Assembly (NCBI RefSeq): GCF_009914755.1
Contig: NC_060948.1
From: the human T2T-CHM13v2.0 reference genome, Homo sapiens
Length of the DNA stretch: 64,000 nucleotides
Reading direction: 5' to 3' (one strand)
The first letter of the stretch is position 1. Each line of letters opens with the position of its first letter. The notes below the pieces were generated by a model. That model had not been told where the DNA came from, ran no database searches, and worked only from the letters and a program-made list of their open reading frames with translations. Made by a program: the position numbers and the translations under genes. Shown here piece after piece: positions 18,965-38,317 of the stretch.

Positions 18965-20498
18965 ACGTATACATTATGTATATAATAATATACAGTATCA
19001 TATATATAATATATATAACCTATGTATAATATTGTTTTACATCCTGCATCTTATGTTATATATATTGTATAAAATATAATAATTGATAATATATAAGTTT
19101 TATAAGTATACAATATGACATATAGTATATATTATAATTTATGACATATATAATATATGTTATATGTCATATATAGAGTATATTATACGGTTAATATACG
19201 TATTAAATATAAATTATACATTATATATATTATATATAATATATCTGTTATATATAATACCCATTATGCATAATATATATATTATGTCTATGTTATATAT
19301 AGTATAAAACAACATATAATAATATATAATTGTATATATAAAATGCGACATATAATATATATTATATTTTATTACATATGTAATATATATTATATATTAT
19401 ATATAATACGTTGTATGTATAATACCTATATTAAATATATATTATATGACTATGTTATTAATTACATGTCACATGTGTTATATATTATATATTTTACATA
19501 GAATATACCGGTTACATACAATATATACTATGTTACCTATAATGTATAATTTATTACATGTAAAATAAAGAATGCAATATATTATGTAAAATTTATAATA
19601 TACCATATGTGGAATGTGATATATATAACATATAATATATGATATATGATGTACAGTATATGATATATAACATACAATATATGATTCCTAATATATATGG
19701 TATACAATATATATTTTATGTTATGTATTCTATATGTTTTATATTCTGTTATATATAACTATTTGAAATTATATATAACTGTATAATATTTTATGTAAAT
19801 ATGTAATATAATATATATAACTATATAATATATTATATATAACTATATATTATGTTATATATACTTTTATAACATAATTTACATAAAATATCATAATATA
19901 ATATATATTATATTATTTCATATTACATAATATATATTACATATCACCCAATATAACTAACATACATAATATTATAATATAGATTATATTATGTTATATT
20001 AAATATCATATATATCATGTATCATATATTCTATAATATATATTACACCTTATATAATATGTATGTTGTCTATTATGTGATATATATAACTATATATATA
20101 ATTATATTTTTATACATATAACTAGATAAACATGTAATTCTACATATTTCCATTTATAATATGTAGAATTATATAATCATATATAATTATTTATATTCTA
20201 TAAAAAATTTTATCATTATATAAATTATAATATATAAAAATTATAATATGTACTACAAATATATATATTATATATCATATATGATATAGTACCTTTGTTA
20301 TATATCATAATACATATAAATGTGTATTATGTTATCTATAATTATATAATTTCATATATAAGATGTATAATATGTATCATATATTATATATGTTATGTAA
20401 TATATATAGTATATATAAGATGACACAGGATAAATATTATATACTATGACATATAAAATATATGAGGTTATATGTTACATATAAGGCATAGCACATAA

Positions 20499-20813
<315 letters not shown>

Positions 20814-21384
20814 AGATCCATATTTTTTAAATGAAAAAAAATTTCAAAGGTACTCTGCTTGGTACAATAATCAAATGTATAAACTGAGGAATAAAACATA
20901 ACCATGAAACCTACTTATAACTGCATATGGAAAATACAGAGGATAATTTTTTAAATAACATATTTTGAAAGCCTTAACTAGTAATTTGAAGAGCTGGCAT
21001 TTGAAAGGCCAGTATGAATATACCTTTAAAGCAGCAACACAGGTTCCCCATGAGAAAAAGCAAACACAGGGAAAATAAAAACACAAAGGTTCAATCTCTT
21101 CTGACCTTTGAAAGACACAGCACAGACAGGGGTCCTTAGGACGAAGAGCAGGAGACCCCTAATTCCGTCACCATGGCGATAGGGCATAAACATTGCTGGG
21201 TGAGGGCACAATCCACATTGTGAGGTCCAACTGCTGCCAGGAAGACAGGAGTGCATTTACATAGACCGAAAGGTCATTGAAGGCTCAGAGTTTTCTTTCA
21301 AGAACTGAATCCCAAGCCCACACGTTATTAGGCTGCGCTTCTTAAAACAAGTTATGAGATGGGAAAAAGGGCACCCACAAACAT
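20814..21384. repeat. HSATI-like segment, unit 9
   Basis: Copy of 1460-2030. Confidence 0.78.
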
Positions 21385-22916
21385 ACGTATACATTATGTA
21401 TATAATAATATACAGTATCATATATATAATATATATAACCTATGTATAATATTGTTTTACATCCTGCATCTTATGTTATATATATTGTATAAAATATAAT
21501 AATTGATAATATATAAGTTTTATAATTATACAACATGACATATAGTATATATTATAATTTATGACATATATAATATATGTTATATGTCATATATAGAATA
21601 TATTATACGGTTAATATACGTATTAAATATAAATTATACATTATATATATTATATATAATATATCTGTTATATATAATACCCATTATGCATAATATATAT
21701 ATTATGTCTATGTTATATATAGTATAAAGCAACATATAATAATATATAATTGTATATATAAAATGCGACATATAATATATATTATATTTTATAACATATG
21801 TAATATATATTATATATTATATATAATACGTTGTATGTATAATACCTATATTAAATATATATTATATGACTATGTTATTAATTACATGTCACATGTGTTA
21901 TATATTATATATTTTACATAGAATATACCGGTTACATACAATATATACTATGTTACCTATAATGTATAATTTATTACATGTAAAATAAAGAATGCAATAT
22001 ATTATGTATAATTTATAATATACCATATGTGGAATGTGATATATATAACATATAATATATGATATATGATATACAGTATATGATATATAACATACAATAT
22101 ATGATTCCTAATATATATGGTATACAATATATATTTTATGATATGTATTCTATATGTTTTATATTCTGTTATATATAACTATTTGAAATTATATATAACT
22201 ATAATATTTTATGTAAATATGTAATAGAATATATATAACTATATAATATATTATATATAACTATATATTATGTTATATATACTTTTATAACATAATTTAC
22301 ATAAAATATCATAATATAATATATATTATATTATTTCATATTACATAATATATATTACATATCACCCAATATAACTAACATACATAATATTATAATATAG
22401 ATTATATTGTGTTATATTAAATATCATATATATCATGTATCATATATTCTATAATATATATTACACATTATATAATATGTATGTTGTCTATTATGTGATA
22501 TATATAACTATATATATAATTATATTTTTGTACATATAACTAGATAAACATGTAATTCTACATATTTTCATTTATAATATGTAGAATTATAAAATCATAT
22601 ATAATTATTTATATTCTATAAAAAATTTTATCATTATATAAATTATAATATATAAAAATTATAATATGTACTACAAATATATATATTATATATCATATAT
22701 GATATAGTACCTTTGTTATATTTCATAATACATATAAATGTGTATTATGTTATCTATAATTATATAATTTCATATATTAGATGTATAATATGTATCATAA
22801 ATTATATATGTTATGTAATATATATAGTATATATAAGATGACACAGGATAAATATTATATACTATGACATATAAAATATATGAGGTTATATGTTACATAT
22901 AAGGCATAGCACATAA

Positions 22917-23231
<315 letters not shown>

Positions 23232-23802
23232 AGATCCATATTTTTTAAATGAAAAAAAATTTCAAAGGTACTCTGCTTGGTACAATAATCAAATGTATAA
23301 ACTGAGGAATAAAACATAACCATGAAACCTACTTATAACTGCATATGGAAAATACAGAGGATAATTTTTTAAATAACATATTTTGAAAGCCTTAACTAGT
23401 AATTTGAAGAGCTGGCATTTGAAAGGCCAGTATGAATATACCTTCAAAGCAGCAACACAGGTTCCCCATGAGAAAAAGCAAACACAGGGAAAATAAAAAC
23501 ACAAAGGTTCAATCTCTTCTGACCTTTGAAAGACACAGCACAGACAGTGGTCCTTAGGACGAAGAGCAGGAGACCCCTAATTCCGTCACCATGGCGATAG
23601 GGCATAAACATTGCTGGGTGAGGGCACAATCCACATTGTGAGGTCCAACTGCTGCCAGGAAGACAGGAGTGCTTTTACATAGACCGAAAGGTCATTGAAG
23701 GCTCAGAGTTTTGTTTCAAGGACTGAATCCCAAGCCCACACGTTATTAGGCTGCGCTTCTTTAAACAAGTTATGAGATGGGAAAAAGGGCACCCACAAAC
23801 AT
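23232..23802. repeat. HSATI-like segment, unit 10
   Basis: Copy of 1460-2030. Confidence 0.78.
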
Positions 23803-25334
23803 ACGTATACATTATGTATATAATAATATACAGTATCATATATATAATATATATAACCTATGTATAATATTGTTTTACATCCTGCATCTTATGTTATATA
23901 TATTGTATAAAATATAATAATTGATAATATATAAGTTTTATATTTATACAATATGACATATAGTATATATTATAATTTATGACATATATAATATATGTTA
24001 TATGTCATATATAGAATATATTATACGGTTAATATACGTATTAAATATAAATTATACATTATATATATTATATATAATATATCTGTTATATATAATACCC
24101 ATTATGCATAATATATATATTATGTCTATGTTATATATAGTATAAAACAACATATAATAATATATAATTGTATATATATAATGCGACATATAATATATAT
24201 TATATTTTATTACATATGTAATATATATTATATATTATATATAATACGTTGTATGTATAATACCTATATTAAATATATATTATATGACTATGTTATTAAT
24301 TACATGTCACATGTGTTATATATTATATATTTTACATAGAATATACCGGTTACATACAATATATACTATGTTACCTATAATGTATAATTTATTACATGTA
24401 AAATAAACAATGCAATATATTATGTATAATTTATAATATACAATATGTGGAATGTGATATATATAACATATAATATATGATATATGATATACAGTATATG
24501 ATATATAACATACAATATATGATTCCTAATATATATGGTATACAATATATATTTTAAGATATGTATTCTATATGTTTTATATTCTGTTATATATAACTGT
24601 TTGAAATTATATATAACTGTATAATATTTTATGTAAATATGTAATATAATATATATAACTATATAATATATTATATATAACTATATATTATGTTATATAT
24701 ACTTTTATAACATAATTTACATAAAATATCATAATATAATATATATTATATTATTTCATATTACATAATATATATTACATATCACCCAATATAACTAACA
24801 TACATAATATTATAATATAGATTATATTGTGTTATATTAAATATCATATATATCATGTATCATATATTCTATAATATGTATTACACATTATATAATATGT
24901 ATGTTGTCTATTATGTGATATATATAACTATATATAATTATATTTTTATACATATAACTAGATAAACATGTAATTCTACATATTTTCATTTATAATATGT
25001 ATAATTATATAATCATATATAATTATTTATATTCTATAAAAAATTTTATCATTATATAAATTATAATATATAAAAATTATAATATGTACTACAAATATAT
25101 ATATTATATATCATATATGATATAGTACCATTGTTATATTTCATAATACATATAAATGTGTATTATGTTATCTATAATTATATAATTTCATATATAAGAT
25201 GTATAATATGTATCATAAATTATATATGTTATGTAATATATATAGTATATATAAGATGACACAGGATAAATATTATATACTATGACATATAAAATATATG
25301 AGGTTATATGTTACATATAAGGCATAGCACATAA

Positions 25335-25649
<315 letters not shown>

Positions 25650-26220
25650 AGATCCATATTTTTTAAATGAAAAAAAATTTCAAAGGTACTCTGCTTGGTA
25701 CAATAATCAAATGTATAAACTGAGGAATAAAACATAACCATGAAACCTACTTATAACTGCATATGGAAAATACAGAGGATAATTTTTTAAATAACATATT
25801 TTGAAAGCCTTAACTAGTAATTTGAAGAGTTGGCATTTGAAAGGCCAGTATGAATATACCTTCAAAGCAGCAACACAGGTTCCCCATGAGAAAAAGCAAA
25901 CACACGGAAAATAAAAACACAAAGGTTCAATCTCTTCTGACCTTTGAAAGACACAGCACAGACAGTGGTCCTTAGGACGAAGAGCAGGAGACCCCTAATT
26001 CCGTCACCATGGCGATAGGGCATAAACATTGCTGGGTGAGGGCACAATCCACATTGTGAGGTCCAACTGCTGCCAGGAAGACAGGAGTGCTTTTACATAG
26101 ACCGAAAGGTCATTGAAGGCTCAGAGTTTTGTTTCAAGAACTGAATCCCAAGCCCACACGTTATTAGGCTGCGCTTCTTAAAACAAGTTATGAGATGGGA
26201 AAAAGGGCACCCACAAACAT
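25650..26220. repeat. HSATI-like segment, unit 11
   Basis: Copy of 1460-2030. Confidence 0.78.
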
Positions 26221-27777
26221 ACGTATACATTATGTATATAATAATATACAGTATCATATATATAATATATATAACCTATGTATAATATTGTTTTACATCC
26301 TGCATCTAATGTTATATATATTGTATAAAATATAATAATTGATAATATATAAGTTTTATAATTATACAATATGACATATAGTATATATTATAATTTATGA
26401 CATATATAATATATGTTATATGTCATATATAGAATATATTATACGGTTAATATACGTATTAAATATAAATTATACATTATATATATTATATATAATATAT
26501 CTGTTATATATAATACCCATTATGCATAATATATATATTATGTCTATGTTATATATAGCATAAAACAACATATAATAATATATAATTGTATATATAAAAT
26601 GCGACATATAATATATATTATATTTTATTACATATGTAATATATATTATATATTATATATAATACGTTGTATGTATAATACCAATATTAAATATATATTA
26701 TATGACTATGTTATTAATTACATGTCACATGCGTTATATATTATATATTTTACATAGAATATACCGGTTACATACAATATATACTATGTTACCTATAATG
26801 TATAATTTATTACATGTAAAATAAAGAATGCAATATATTATGTAAAATTTATAATATACCATATGTGGAATGTGATATATATAACATATAATATATGATA
26901 TATGATGTACAGTATATGATATATAACATACAATATATGATTCCTAATATATATGGTATACAATATATATTTCATGTTATGTATTCTATATGTTTTATAT
27001 TCTGTTATATATAACTATTTGAAATTATATATAACTGTATAATATTTTATGTAAATATGTAATATAATATATATAACTATATAATATATTATATATAACT
27101 ATATATTATGTTATATATACTTTTATAACATAATTTACATAAAATATCATAATATAATATATAATATATTATTTCATATTACATAATATATATTACATAT
27201 CACCCAATATAACTAACATACATAATATTATAATATAGATTATATTATGTTATATTAAATATCATATATATCATGTATCATATATTCTATAATATATATT
27301 ACACCTTATATAATATGTATGTTGTCTATTATGTGATATATATAACTATATATATAATTATATTTTTATACATATAACTAGATAAACATGTAATTCTACA
27401 TATTTTCATTTATAATATGTAGAATTATATAATCATATATAATTATTTATATTCTATAAAAAATTTTATCATTATATAAATTATAATATATAAAAATTAT
27501 AATATGTACTACAAATATATATATTATATATCATATATGATATAGTACCTTTGTTATATATCATAATACATATAAATGTGTATTATGTTATCTATAATTA
27601 TATAATTTCATATATAAGATGTATAATGTGTATCATATATTATATATGTTATGTAATATATATAGTATATATAAGATGACACAGGATAAATATTATATAC
27701 TATGACATATAAAATATATGAGGTTATATGTTACATATAAGGCATAGCACATAACATGTAATATATATCATATATAA

Positions 27778-28069
27778 TTTTTTTTTAGACAGAATCTTGT
27801 CCTGTTGCACAGGGTGGGGTACAATGGCGCCATCTTTGCTGACTGCAAATTCTGCCTCACGGGTCCAAGCGATTGTCCTCCCTCAGCCTCCCAGGTAGCT
27901 GGGACTACACCACACTGGGACTACACCAGCTGCCACCATGCCTAGCTAATTTTTTGGATTTTTAGTAGTGACAGCGTTTCACTGTATTGGCCAGGATGGT
28001 CTTGATCTCTTCACCTTGTGATCCCCTTGCCTTGGCCTCCAAATTTGCTGGGATTACAGGCCTGAGCCA
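27778..28069 (-). mobile_element. Alu of DYZ2 unit 12
   Basis: Near-identical copy of 1168-1459. Confidence 0.93.
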
Positions 28070-28640
28070 AGATCCATATTTTTTAAATGAAAAAAAATTT
28101 CAAAGGTACTCTGCTTGGTACAATAATCAAATGTATAAACTGAGGAATAAAACATAACCATGAAACCTACTTATAACTGCATATGGAAAATACAGAGGAT
28201 AATTTTTTAAATAACATATTTTGAAAGCCTTAACTAGTAATTTGAAGAGTTGGCATTTGAAAGGCCAGTATGAATATACCTTCAAAGCAGCAACACAGGT
28301 TCCCCATGAGAAAAAGCAAACACAGGGAAAATAAAAACACAAAGGTTCAATCTCTTCTGACCTTTGAAAGACACAGCACAGACAGTGGTCCTTAGGACGA
28401 AGAGCAGGAGACCCCTAATTCCGTCACCATGGCGATAGGGCATAAACATTGCTGGGTGAGGGCACAATCCACATTGTGAGGTCCAACTGCTGCCAGGAAG
28501 ACAGGAGTGCTTTTACATAGACCGAAAGGTCATTGAAGGCTCAGAGTTTTGTTTCAAGAACTGAATCCCAAGCCCACACGTTATTAGGCTGCGCTTCTTA
28601 AAACAAGTTATGAGATGGGAAAAAGGGCACCCACAAACAT
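28070..28640. repeat. HSATI-like segment, unit 12
   Basis: Copy of 1460-2030. Confidence 0.78.
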
Positions 28641-30174
28641 ACGTATACATTATGTATATAATAATATACAGTATCATATATATAATATATATAACCTATG
28701 TATAATATTGTTTTACATCCTGCATCTAATGTTATATATATTGTATAAAATATAATAATTGATAATATATAAGTTTTATAATTATACAATATGACATATA
28801 GTATATATTATAATTTATGACATATATAATATATGTTATATGTCATATATAGAATATATTATACGGTTAATATACGTATTAAATATAAATTATACATTAT
28901 ATATATTATATATAATATATCTGTTATATATAATACCCATTATGCATAATATATATATTATGTCTATGTTATATATAGTATAAAACAACATATAATAATA
29001 TATAATTGTATATATAAAATGCGACATATAATATATATTATATTTTATAACATATGTAATATATATTATATATTATATATAATACGTTGTATGTATAATA
29101 CCTATATTAAATATATATTATATGACTATGTTATTAATTACATGTCACATGTGTTATATATTATATATTTTACATAGAATATACCAGTTACATACAATAT
29201 ATACTATGTTACCTATAATGTATAATTTATTACATGTAAAATAAAGAATGCAATATATTATGTATAATTTATAATATACCATATGTGGAATGTGATATAT
29301 ATAACATATAATATATGATATATGATATACAGTATATGATATATAACATACAATATATGATTCCTAATATATATGGTATACAATATATATTTTATGATAT
29401 GTATTCTATATGTTTTATATTCTGTTATATATAACTATTTGAAATTATATATAACTGTATAATATTTTATGTAAATATGTAATATAATATATATAACTAT
29501 ATAATATATTATATATAACTATATATTATGTTATATATACTTTTATAACATAATTTACATAAAATATCATAATATAATATATATTATATTATTTCATATT
29601 ACATAATATATATTACATATCACCCAATATAACTAACATACATAATATTATAATATAGATTATATTATGTTATATTAAATATCATATATATCATGTATCA
29701 TATATTCTATAATATATATTACACATTATATAATATGTATGTTGTCTATTATGTGATATATATAACTATATATATAATTATATTTTTATACATATAACTA
29801 GATAAACATGTAATTCTACATATTTTCATTTATAATATGTAGAATTATAAAATCATATATAATTATTTATATTCTATAAAAAATTTTATCATTATATAAA
29901 TTATAATATATAAAAATTATAATATGTACTACAAATATATATATTATATATCATATATGATATAGTACCTTTGTTATATTTCATAATACATATAAATGTG
30001 TATTATGTTATCTATAATTATATAATTTCATATATAAGATGTATAATGTGTATCATATATTATATCTGTTATGTAATATATATAGTATATATAAGATGAC
30101 ACAGGATAAATATTATATACTATGACATATAAAATATATGAGGTTATATGTTACATATAAGGCATAGCACATAA

Positions 30175-30489
<315 letters not shown>

Positions 30490-31060
30490 AGATCCATATT
30501 TTTTAAATGAAAAAAAATTTCAAAGGTACTCTGCTTGGTACAATAATCAAATGTATAAACTGAGGAATAAAACATAACCATGAAACCTACTTATAACTGC
30601 ATATGGAAAATACAGAGGATAATTTTTTAAATAACATATTTTGAAAGCCTTAACTAGTAATTTGAAGAGCTGGCATTTGAAAGGCCAGTATGAATATACC
30701 TTCAAAGCAGCAACACAGGTTCCCCATGAGAAAAAGCAAACACAGGGAAAATAAAAACACAAAGGTTCAATCTCTTCTGACCTTTGAAAGACACAGCACA
30801 GACAGTGGTCCTTAGGACGAAGAGCAGGAGACCCCTAATTCCGTCACCATGGCGATAGGGCATAAACATTGCTGGGTGAGGGCACAATCCACATTGTGAG
30901 GTCCAACTGCTGCCAGGAAGACAGGAGTGCTTTTACATAGACCGAAAGGTCATTGAAGGCTCAGAGTTTTGTTTCAAGAACTGAATCCCAAGCCCACACG
31001 TTATTAGGCTGCGCTTCTTAAAACAAGTTATGAGATGGGAAAAAGGGCACCCACAAACAT
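30490..31060. repeat. HSATI-like segment, unit 13
   Basis: Copy of 1460-2030. Confidence 0.78.
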
Positions 31061-32617
31061 ACGTATACATTATGTATATAATAATATACAGTATCATATA
31101 TATAATATATATAACCTATGTATAATATTGTTTTACATCCTGCATCTTATGTTATATATATTGTATAAAATATAATAATTGATAATATATAAGTTTTATA
31201 ATTATACAATATGAAATATAGTATATATTATAATTTATGACATATATAATATATGTTATATGTCATATATAGAATATATTATACGGTTAATATACGTATT
31301 AAATATAAATTATACATTATATATATTATATACAATATATCTGTTATATATAATACCCATTATGCATAATATATATATTATGTCTATGTTATATATAGTA
31401 TAAAACAACATATAATAATATATAATTGTATATATAAAATGCGACATATAATATATATTATATTTTATAACATATGTAATATATATTATATATTATATAT
31501 AATACGTTGTATGTATAATACCTATATTAAATATATATTATATGACTATGTTATTAATTACATGTCACATGTGTTATATATTATATATTTTACATAGAAT
31601 ATACCGGTTACATACAATATATACTATGTTACCTATAATGTATAATTTATTACATGTAAAATAAAGAATGCAATATATTATGTATAATTTATAATATACC
31701 ATATGTGGAATGTGATATATATAACATATAATATATGATATATGATATACAGTATATGATATATAACATACAATATATGATTCCTAATATATATGGTATA
31801 CAATATATATTTTATGATATGTATTCTATATGTTTTATATTCTGTTATATATAACTATTTGAAATTATATATAACTGTATAATATTTTATGTAAATATGT
31901 AATATAATATATATAACTATATAATATATTATATATAACTATATATTATGTTATATATACTTTTATAACATAATTTACATAAAATATCATAATATAATAT
32001 ATATTATATTATTTCATATTACATAATATATATTACATATCACCCAATATAACTAACATACATAATATTATAATATAGATTATATTGTGTTATATTAAAT
32101 ATCATATATATCATGTATCATATATTCTATAATATATATTACACATTATATAATATGTATGTTGTCTATTATGTGATATATATAACTATATATATAATTA
32201 TATTTTTATACATATAACTAGATAAACATGTAATTCTACATATTTTCATTTATAATATGTAGAATTATATAATCATATATAATTATTTATATTCTATAAA
32301 AAATTTTATCATTATATAAATTATAATATATAAAAATTATAATATGTACTACAAATATATATATTATATATCATATATGCTATAGTACCTTTGTTATATA
32401 TCATAATACATATAAATGTGTATTATGTTATCTATAATTATATAATTTCATATATAAGTTGTATAATATGTATCATATATTATACATGTTATGTAATATA
32501 TATAGTATATATAAGATGACACAGGATAAATATTATATACTATGACATATAAAATATATGAGGTTATATGTTACATATAAGGCATAGCACAGAACATGAA
32601 ATATATATCATATATAA

Positions 32618-32909
32618 TTTTTTTTTAGACAGAATCTTGTCCTGTTGCACAGGGTGGGGTACAATGGCGCCATCTTTGCTCACTGCAAATTCTGCCTCAC
32701 GGGTCCAAGCGATTGTCCTCCCTCAGCCTCCCAGGTAGCTGGGACTACACCACACTGGGACTACACCAGCTGCCACCATGCCTAGCTAATTTTTTGGATT
32801 TTTAGTAGTGACAGCGTTTCACTGTATTGGCCAGGATGGTCTTGATCTCTTCACCTTGTGATCCCCTTGCCTTGGCCTCCAAATTTGCTGGGATTACAGG
32901 CCTGAGCCA
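32618..32909 (-). mobile_element. Alu of DYZ2 unit 14
   Basis: Near-identical copy of 1168-1459. Confidence 0.93.
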
Positions 32910-33480
32910 AGATCCATATTTTTTAAATGAAAAAAAATTTCAAAGGTACTCTGCTTGGTACAATAATCAAATGTATAAACTGAGGAATAAAACATAACCA
33001 TGAAACCTACTTATAACTGCATATGGAAAATACAGAGGATAATTTTTTAAATAACATATTTTGAAAGCCTTAACTAGTAATTTGAAGAGCTGGCATTTGA
33101 AAGGCCAGTATGAATATACCTTCAAAGCAGCAACACAGGTTCCCCATGAGAAAAAGCAAACACAGGGAAAATAAAAACACAAAGGTTCAATCTCTTCTGA
33201 CCTTTGAAAGACACAGCACAGACAGTGGTCCTTAGGACGAAGAGCAGGAGACCCCTAATTCCGTCACCATGGCGATAGGGCATAAACATTGCTGGGTGAG
33301 GGCACAATCCACATTGTGAGGTCCAACTGCTGCCAGGAAGACAGGAGTGCTTTTACATAGACCGAAAGGTCATTGAAGGCTCAGAATTTTGTTTCAAGGA
33401 CTGAATCCCAAGCCCACACGTTATTAGGCTGCGCTTCTTAAAACAAGTTATGAGATGGGAAAAAGGGCACCCACAAACAT
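32910..33480. repeat. HSATI-like segment, unit 14
   Basis: Copy of 1460-2030. Confidence 0.78.
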
Positions 33481-35037
33481 ACGTATACATTATGTATATA
33501 ATAATATACAGTATCATATATATAATATATATAACCTATGTATAATATTGTTTTACATCCTGCATCTTATGTTATATATATTGTATAAAATATAATAATT
33601 GATAATATATAAGTTTTATATTTATACAATATGACATATAGTATATATTATAATTTATGACATATATAATATATGTTATATGTCATATATAGAATATATT
33701 ATACGGTTAATATACGTATTAAATATAAATTATACATTATATATATTATATATAATATATCTGTTATATATAATACCCATTATGCATAATATATATATTA
33801 TGTCTATGTTATATATAGTATAAAACAACATATAATAATATATAATTGTATATATAAAATGCGACATATAATATATATTATATTTTATTACATATGTAAT
33901 ATATATTATATATTATATATAATACGTTGTATGTATAATACCTATATTAAATATATATTATATGACTATGTTATTAATTACATGTCACATGTGTTATATA
34001 TTATATATTTTACATAGAATATACCGGTTACATACAATATATACTATGTTACCTATAACGTATAATTTATTACATGTAAAATAAACAATGCAATATATTA
34101 TGTATAATTTATAATATACAATATGTGGAATGTGATATATATAACATATAATATATGATATATGATATACAGTATATGATATATAACATACAATATATGA
34201 TTCCTAATATATATGGTATACAATATATATTTTAAGATATGTATTCTATATGTTTTATATTCTGTTATATATAACTATTTGAAATTATATATAACTGTAT
34301 AATATTTTATGTAAATATGTAATATAATATATATAACTATATAATATATTATATATAACTATATATTATGTTATATATACTTTTATAACATAATTTACAT
34401 AAAATATCATAATATAATATATGTTATATTATTTCATATTACATAATATATATTACATATCACCCAATATAACTAACATACATAATATTATAATATAGAT
34501 TATATTGTGTTATATTAAATATCATATATATCATGTATCATATATTCTATAATATATATTACACATTATATAATATGTATGTTGTCTATTATGTGATATA
34601 TATAACTATATATATAATTATATTTTTATACATATAACTAGATAAACATGTAATTCTACATATTTTCATTTATAATATGTATAATTATATAATCATATAT
34701 AATTATTTATATTCTATAAAAAATTTTATCATTATATAAATTATAATATATAAAAATTATAATATGTACTACAAATATATATATTATATATCATATATGA
34801 TATAGTACTATTGTTATATTTCATAATACATATAAATGTGTATTATGTTATCTATAATTATATAATTTCATATATAAGATGTATAATATGTATCATAAAT
34901 TATATATGTTGTGTAATATATATAGTATATATAAGATGACACAGGATAAATATTATATACTATGACATATAAAATATATGAGGTTATATGTTACATATAA
35001 GGCATAGCACATAACATGTAATATATATCATATATAA

Positions 35038-35328
35038 TTTTTTTTAGACAGAATCTTGTCCTGTTGCACAGGGTGGGGTACAATGGCGCCATCTTTGCTG
35101 ACTGCAAATTCTGCCTCACGGGTCCAAGCGATTGTCCTCCCTCAGCCTCCCAGGTAGCTGGGACTACACCACACTGGGACTACACCAGCTGCCACCATGC
35201 CTAGCTAATTATTTGGGTTTTTAGTAGTGACAGCGTTTCACTGTATTGGCCAGGATGGTCTTGATCTCTTCACCTTGTGATCCCCTTGCCTTGGCCTCCA
35301 AATTTGCTGGGATTACAGGCCTGAGCCA
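35038..35328 (-). mobile_element. Alu of DYZ2 unit 15
   Basis: Near-identical copy; T-tract is T8. Confidence 0.93.
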
Positions 35329-35899
35329 AGATCCATATTTTTTAAATGAAAAAAAATTTCAAAGGTACTCTGCTTGGTACAATAATCAAATGTATAAACT
35401 GAGGAATAAAACATAACCATGAAACCTACTTATAACTGCATATGGAAAATACAGAGGATAATTTTTTAAATAACATATTTTGAAAGCCTTAACTAGTAAT
35501 TTGAAGAGTTGGCATTTGAAAGGCCAGTATGAATATACCTTCAAAGCAGCAACACAGGTTCCCCATGAGAAAAAGCAAACACAGGGAAAATAAAAACACA
35601 AAGGTTCAATCTCTTCTGACCTTTGAAAGACACAGCACAGACAGTGGTCCTTAGGACGAAGAGCAGGAGACCCCTAATTCCGTCACCATGGCGATAGGGC
35701 ATAAACATTGCTGGGTGAGGGCACAATCCACATTGTGAGGTCCAACTGCTGCCAGGAAGACAGGAGTGCTTTTACATAGACCGAAAGGTCATTGAAGGCT
35801 CAGAGTTTTCTTTCAAGAACTGAATCCCAAGCCCACACGTTATTAGGCTGCGCTTCTTAAAACAAGTTATGAGATGGGAAAAAGGGCACCCACAAACAT
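35329..35899. repeat. HSATI-like segment, unit 15
   Basis: Copy of 1460-2030. Confidence 0.78.
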
Positions 35900-37431
35900 A
35901 CGTATACATTATGTGTATAATAATATACAGTATCATATATATAATATATATAACCTATGTATAATATTGTTTTACATCCTGCATCTTATGTTATATATAT
36001 TGTATAAAATATAATAATTGATAATATATAAGTTTTATAATTATACAATATGACATATAGTATATATTATAATTTATGACATATATAATATATGTTATAT
36101 GTCATATATAGAATATATTATACGGTTAATATACGTATTAAATATAAATTATACATTATATATATTATATATAATATATCTGTTATATATAATACCCATT
36201 ATGCATAATATATATATTATGTCTATGTTATATATAGTATAAAACAACATATAATAATATATAATTGTATATATAAAATGCGACATATAATATATATTAT
36301 ATTTTATAACATATGTAATATATATTATATATTATATATAATACGTTGTATGTATAATACCAATATTAAATATATATTATATGACTATGTTATTAATTAC
36401 ATGTCACATGTGTTATATATTATATATTTTACATAGAATATACCGGTTACATACAATATATACTATGTTACCTATAATGTATAATTTATTACATGTAAAA
36501 TAAACAATGCAATATATTATGAATAATATATAATATACAATATGTGGAATGTGATATATATAACATATAATATATGATATATGATATACAGTATATGATA
36601 TATAACATACAATATATGATTCCTAATATATATGGTATACAATATATATTTTATGATATGTATTCTATATGTTTTATATTCTGTTATATATAACTATTTG
36701 AAATTATATATAACTGTATAATATTTTATGTAAATATGTAATATAATATATATAACTATATAATATATTATATATAACTATATATTATGTTATATATACT
36801 TTTATAACATAATTTACATAAAATATCATAATATAATATATATTATATTATTTCATATTACATAATATATATTACATATCACCCAATATAACTAACATAC
36901 ATAATATTATAATATAGATTATATTGTGTTATATTAAATATCATATATATCATGTATCATATATTCTATAATATGTATTACACATTATATAATATGTATG
37001 TTGTCTATTATGTGATATATATAACTATATATAATTATATTTTTATACATATAACTAGATAAACATGTAATTCTACATATTTTCATTTATAATATGTATA
37101 ATTATATAATCATATATAATTATTTATATTCTATAAAAAATTTTATCATTATATAAATTATAATATATAAAAATTATAATATGTACTACAAATATATATA
37201 TTATATATCATATATGATATAGTACCATTGTTATATTTCATAATACATATAAATGTGTATTATGTTATCTATAATTATATAATTTCATATATAAGATGTA
37301 TAATATGTATCATAAATTATATATGTTATGTAATATATATAGTATATATAAGATGACACAGGATAAATATTATATACTATGACATATAAAATATATGAGG
37401 TTATATGTTACATATAAGGCATAGCACATAA

Positions 37432-37746
<315 letters not shown>

Positions 37747-38317
37747 AGATCCATATTTTTTAAATGAAAAAAAATTTCAAAGGTACTCTGCTTGGTACAA
37801 TAATCAAATGTATAAACTGAGGAATAAAACATAACCATGAAACCTACTTATAACTGCATATGGAAAATACAGAGGATAATTTTTTAAATAACATATTTTG
37901 AAAGCCTTAACTAGTAATTTGAAGAGTTGGCATTTGAAAGGCCAGTATGAATATACCTTCAAAGCAGCAACACAGGTTCCCCATGAGAAAAAGCAAACAC
38001 AGGGAAAATAAAAACACAAAGGTTCAATCTCTTCTGACCTTTGAAAGACACAGCACAGACAGTGGTCCTTAGGACGAAGAGCAGGAGACCCCTAATTCCG
38101 TCACCATGGCGATAGGGCATAAACATTGCTGGGTGAGGGCACAATCCACATTGTGAGGTCCAACTGCTGCCAGGAAGACAGGAGTGCTTTTACATAGACC
38201 GAAAGGTCATTGAAGGCTCAGAGTTTTGTTTCAAGAACTGAATCCCAAGCCCACACGTTATTAGGCTGCGCTTCTTAAAACAAGTTATGAGATGGGAAAA
38301 AGGGCACCCACAAACAT
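37747..38317. repeat. HSATI-like segment, unit 16
   Basis: Copy of 1460-2030. Confidence 0.78.

Noticed and set aside
21026-21256. 76 aa ATG-initiated extension of the 61 aa ORF in unit 9
   Set aside because: Created by one private substitution (gtgcattt) in one unit; no other support for coding
26178-26369. 63 aa Tyr/Ile-rich ORFs (also 28598, 38275, 60046; similar at 40646 and 45770)
   Set aside because: Translations of TA-rich low-complexity DNA opened by single stop-removing substitutions; useful only as haplotype markers
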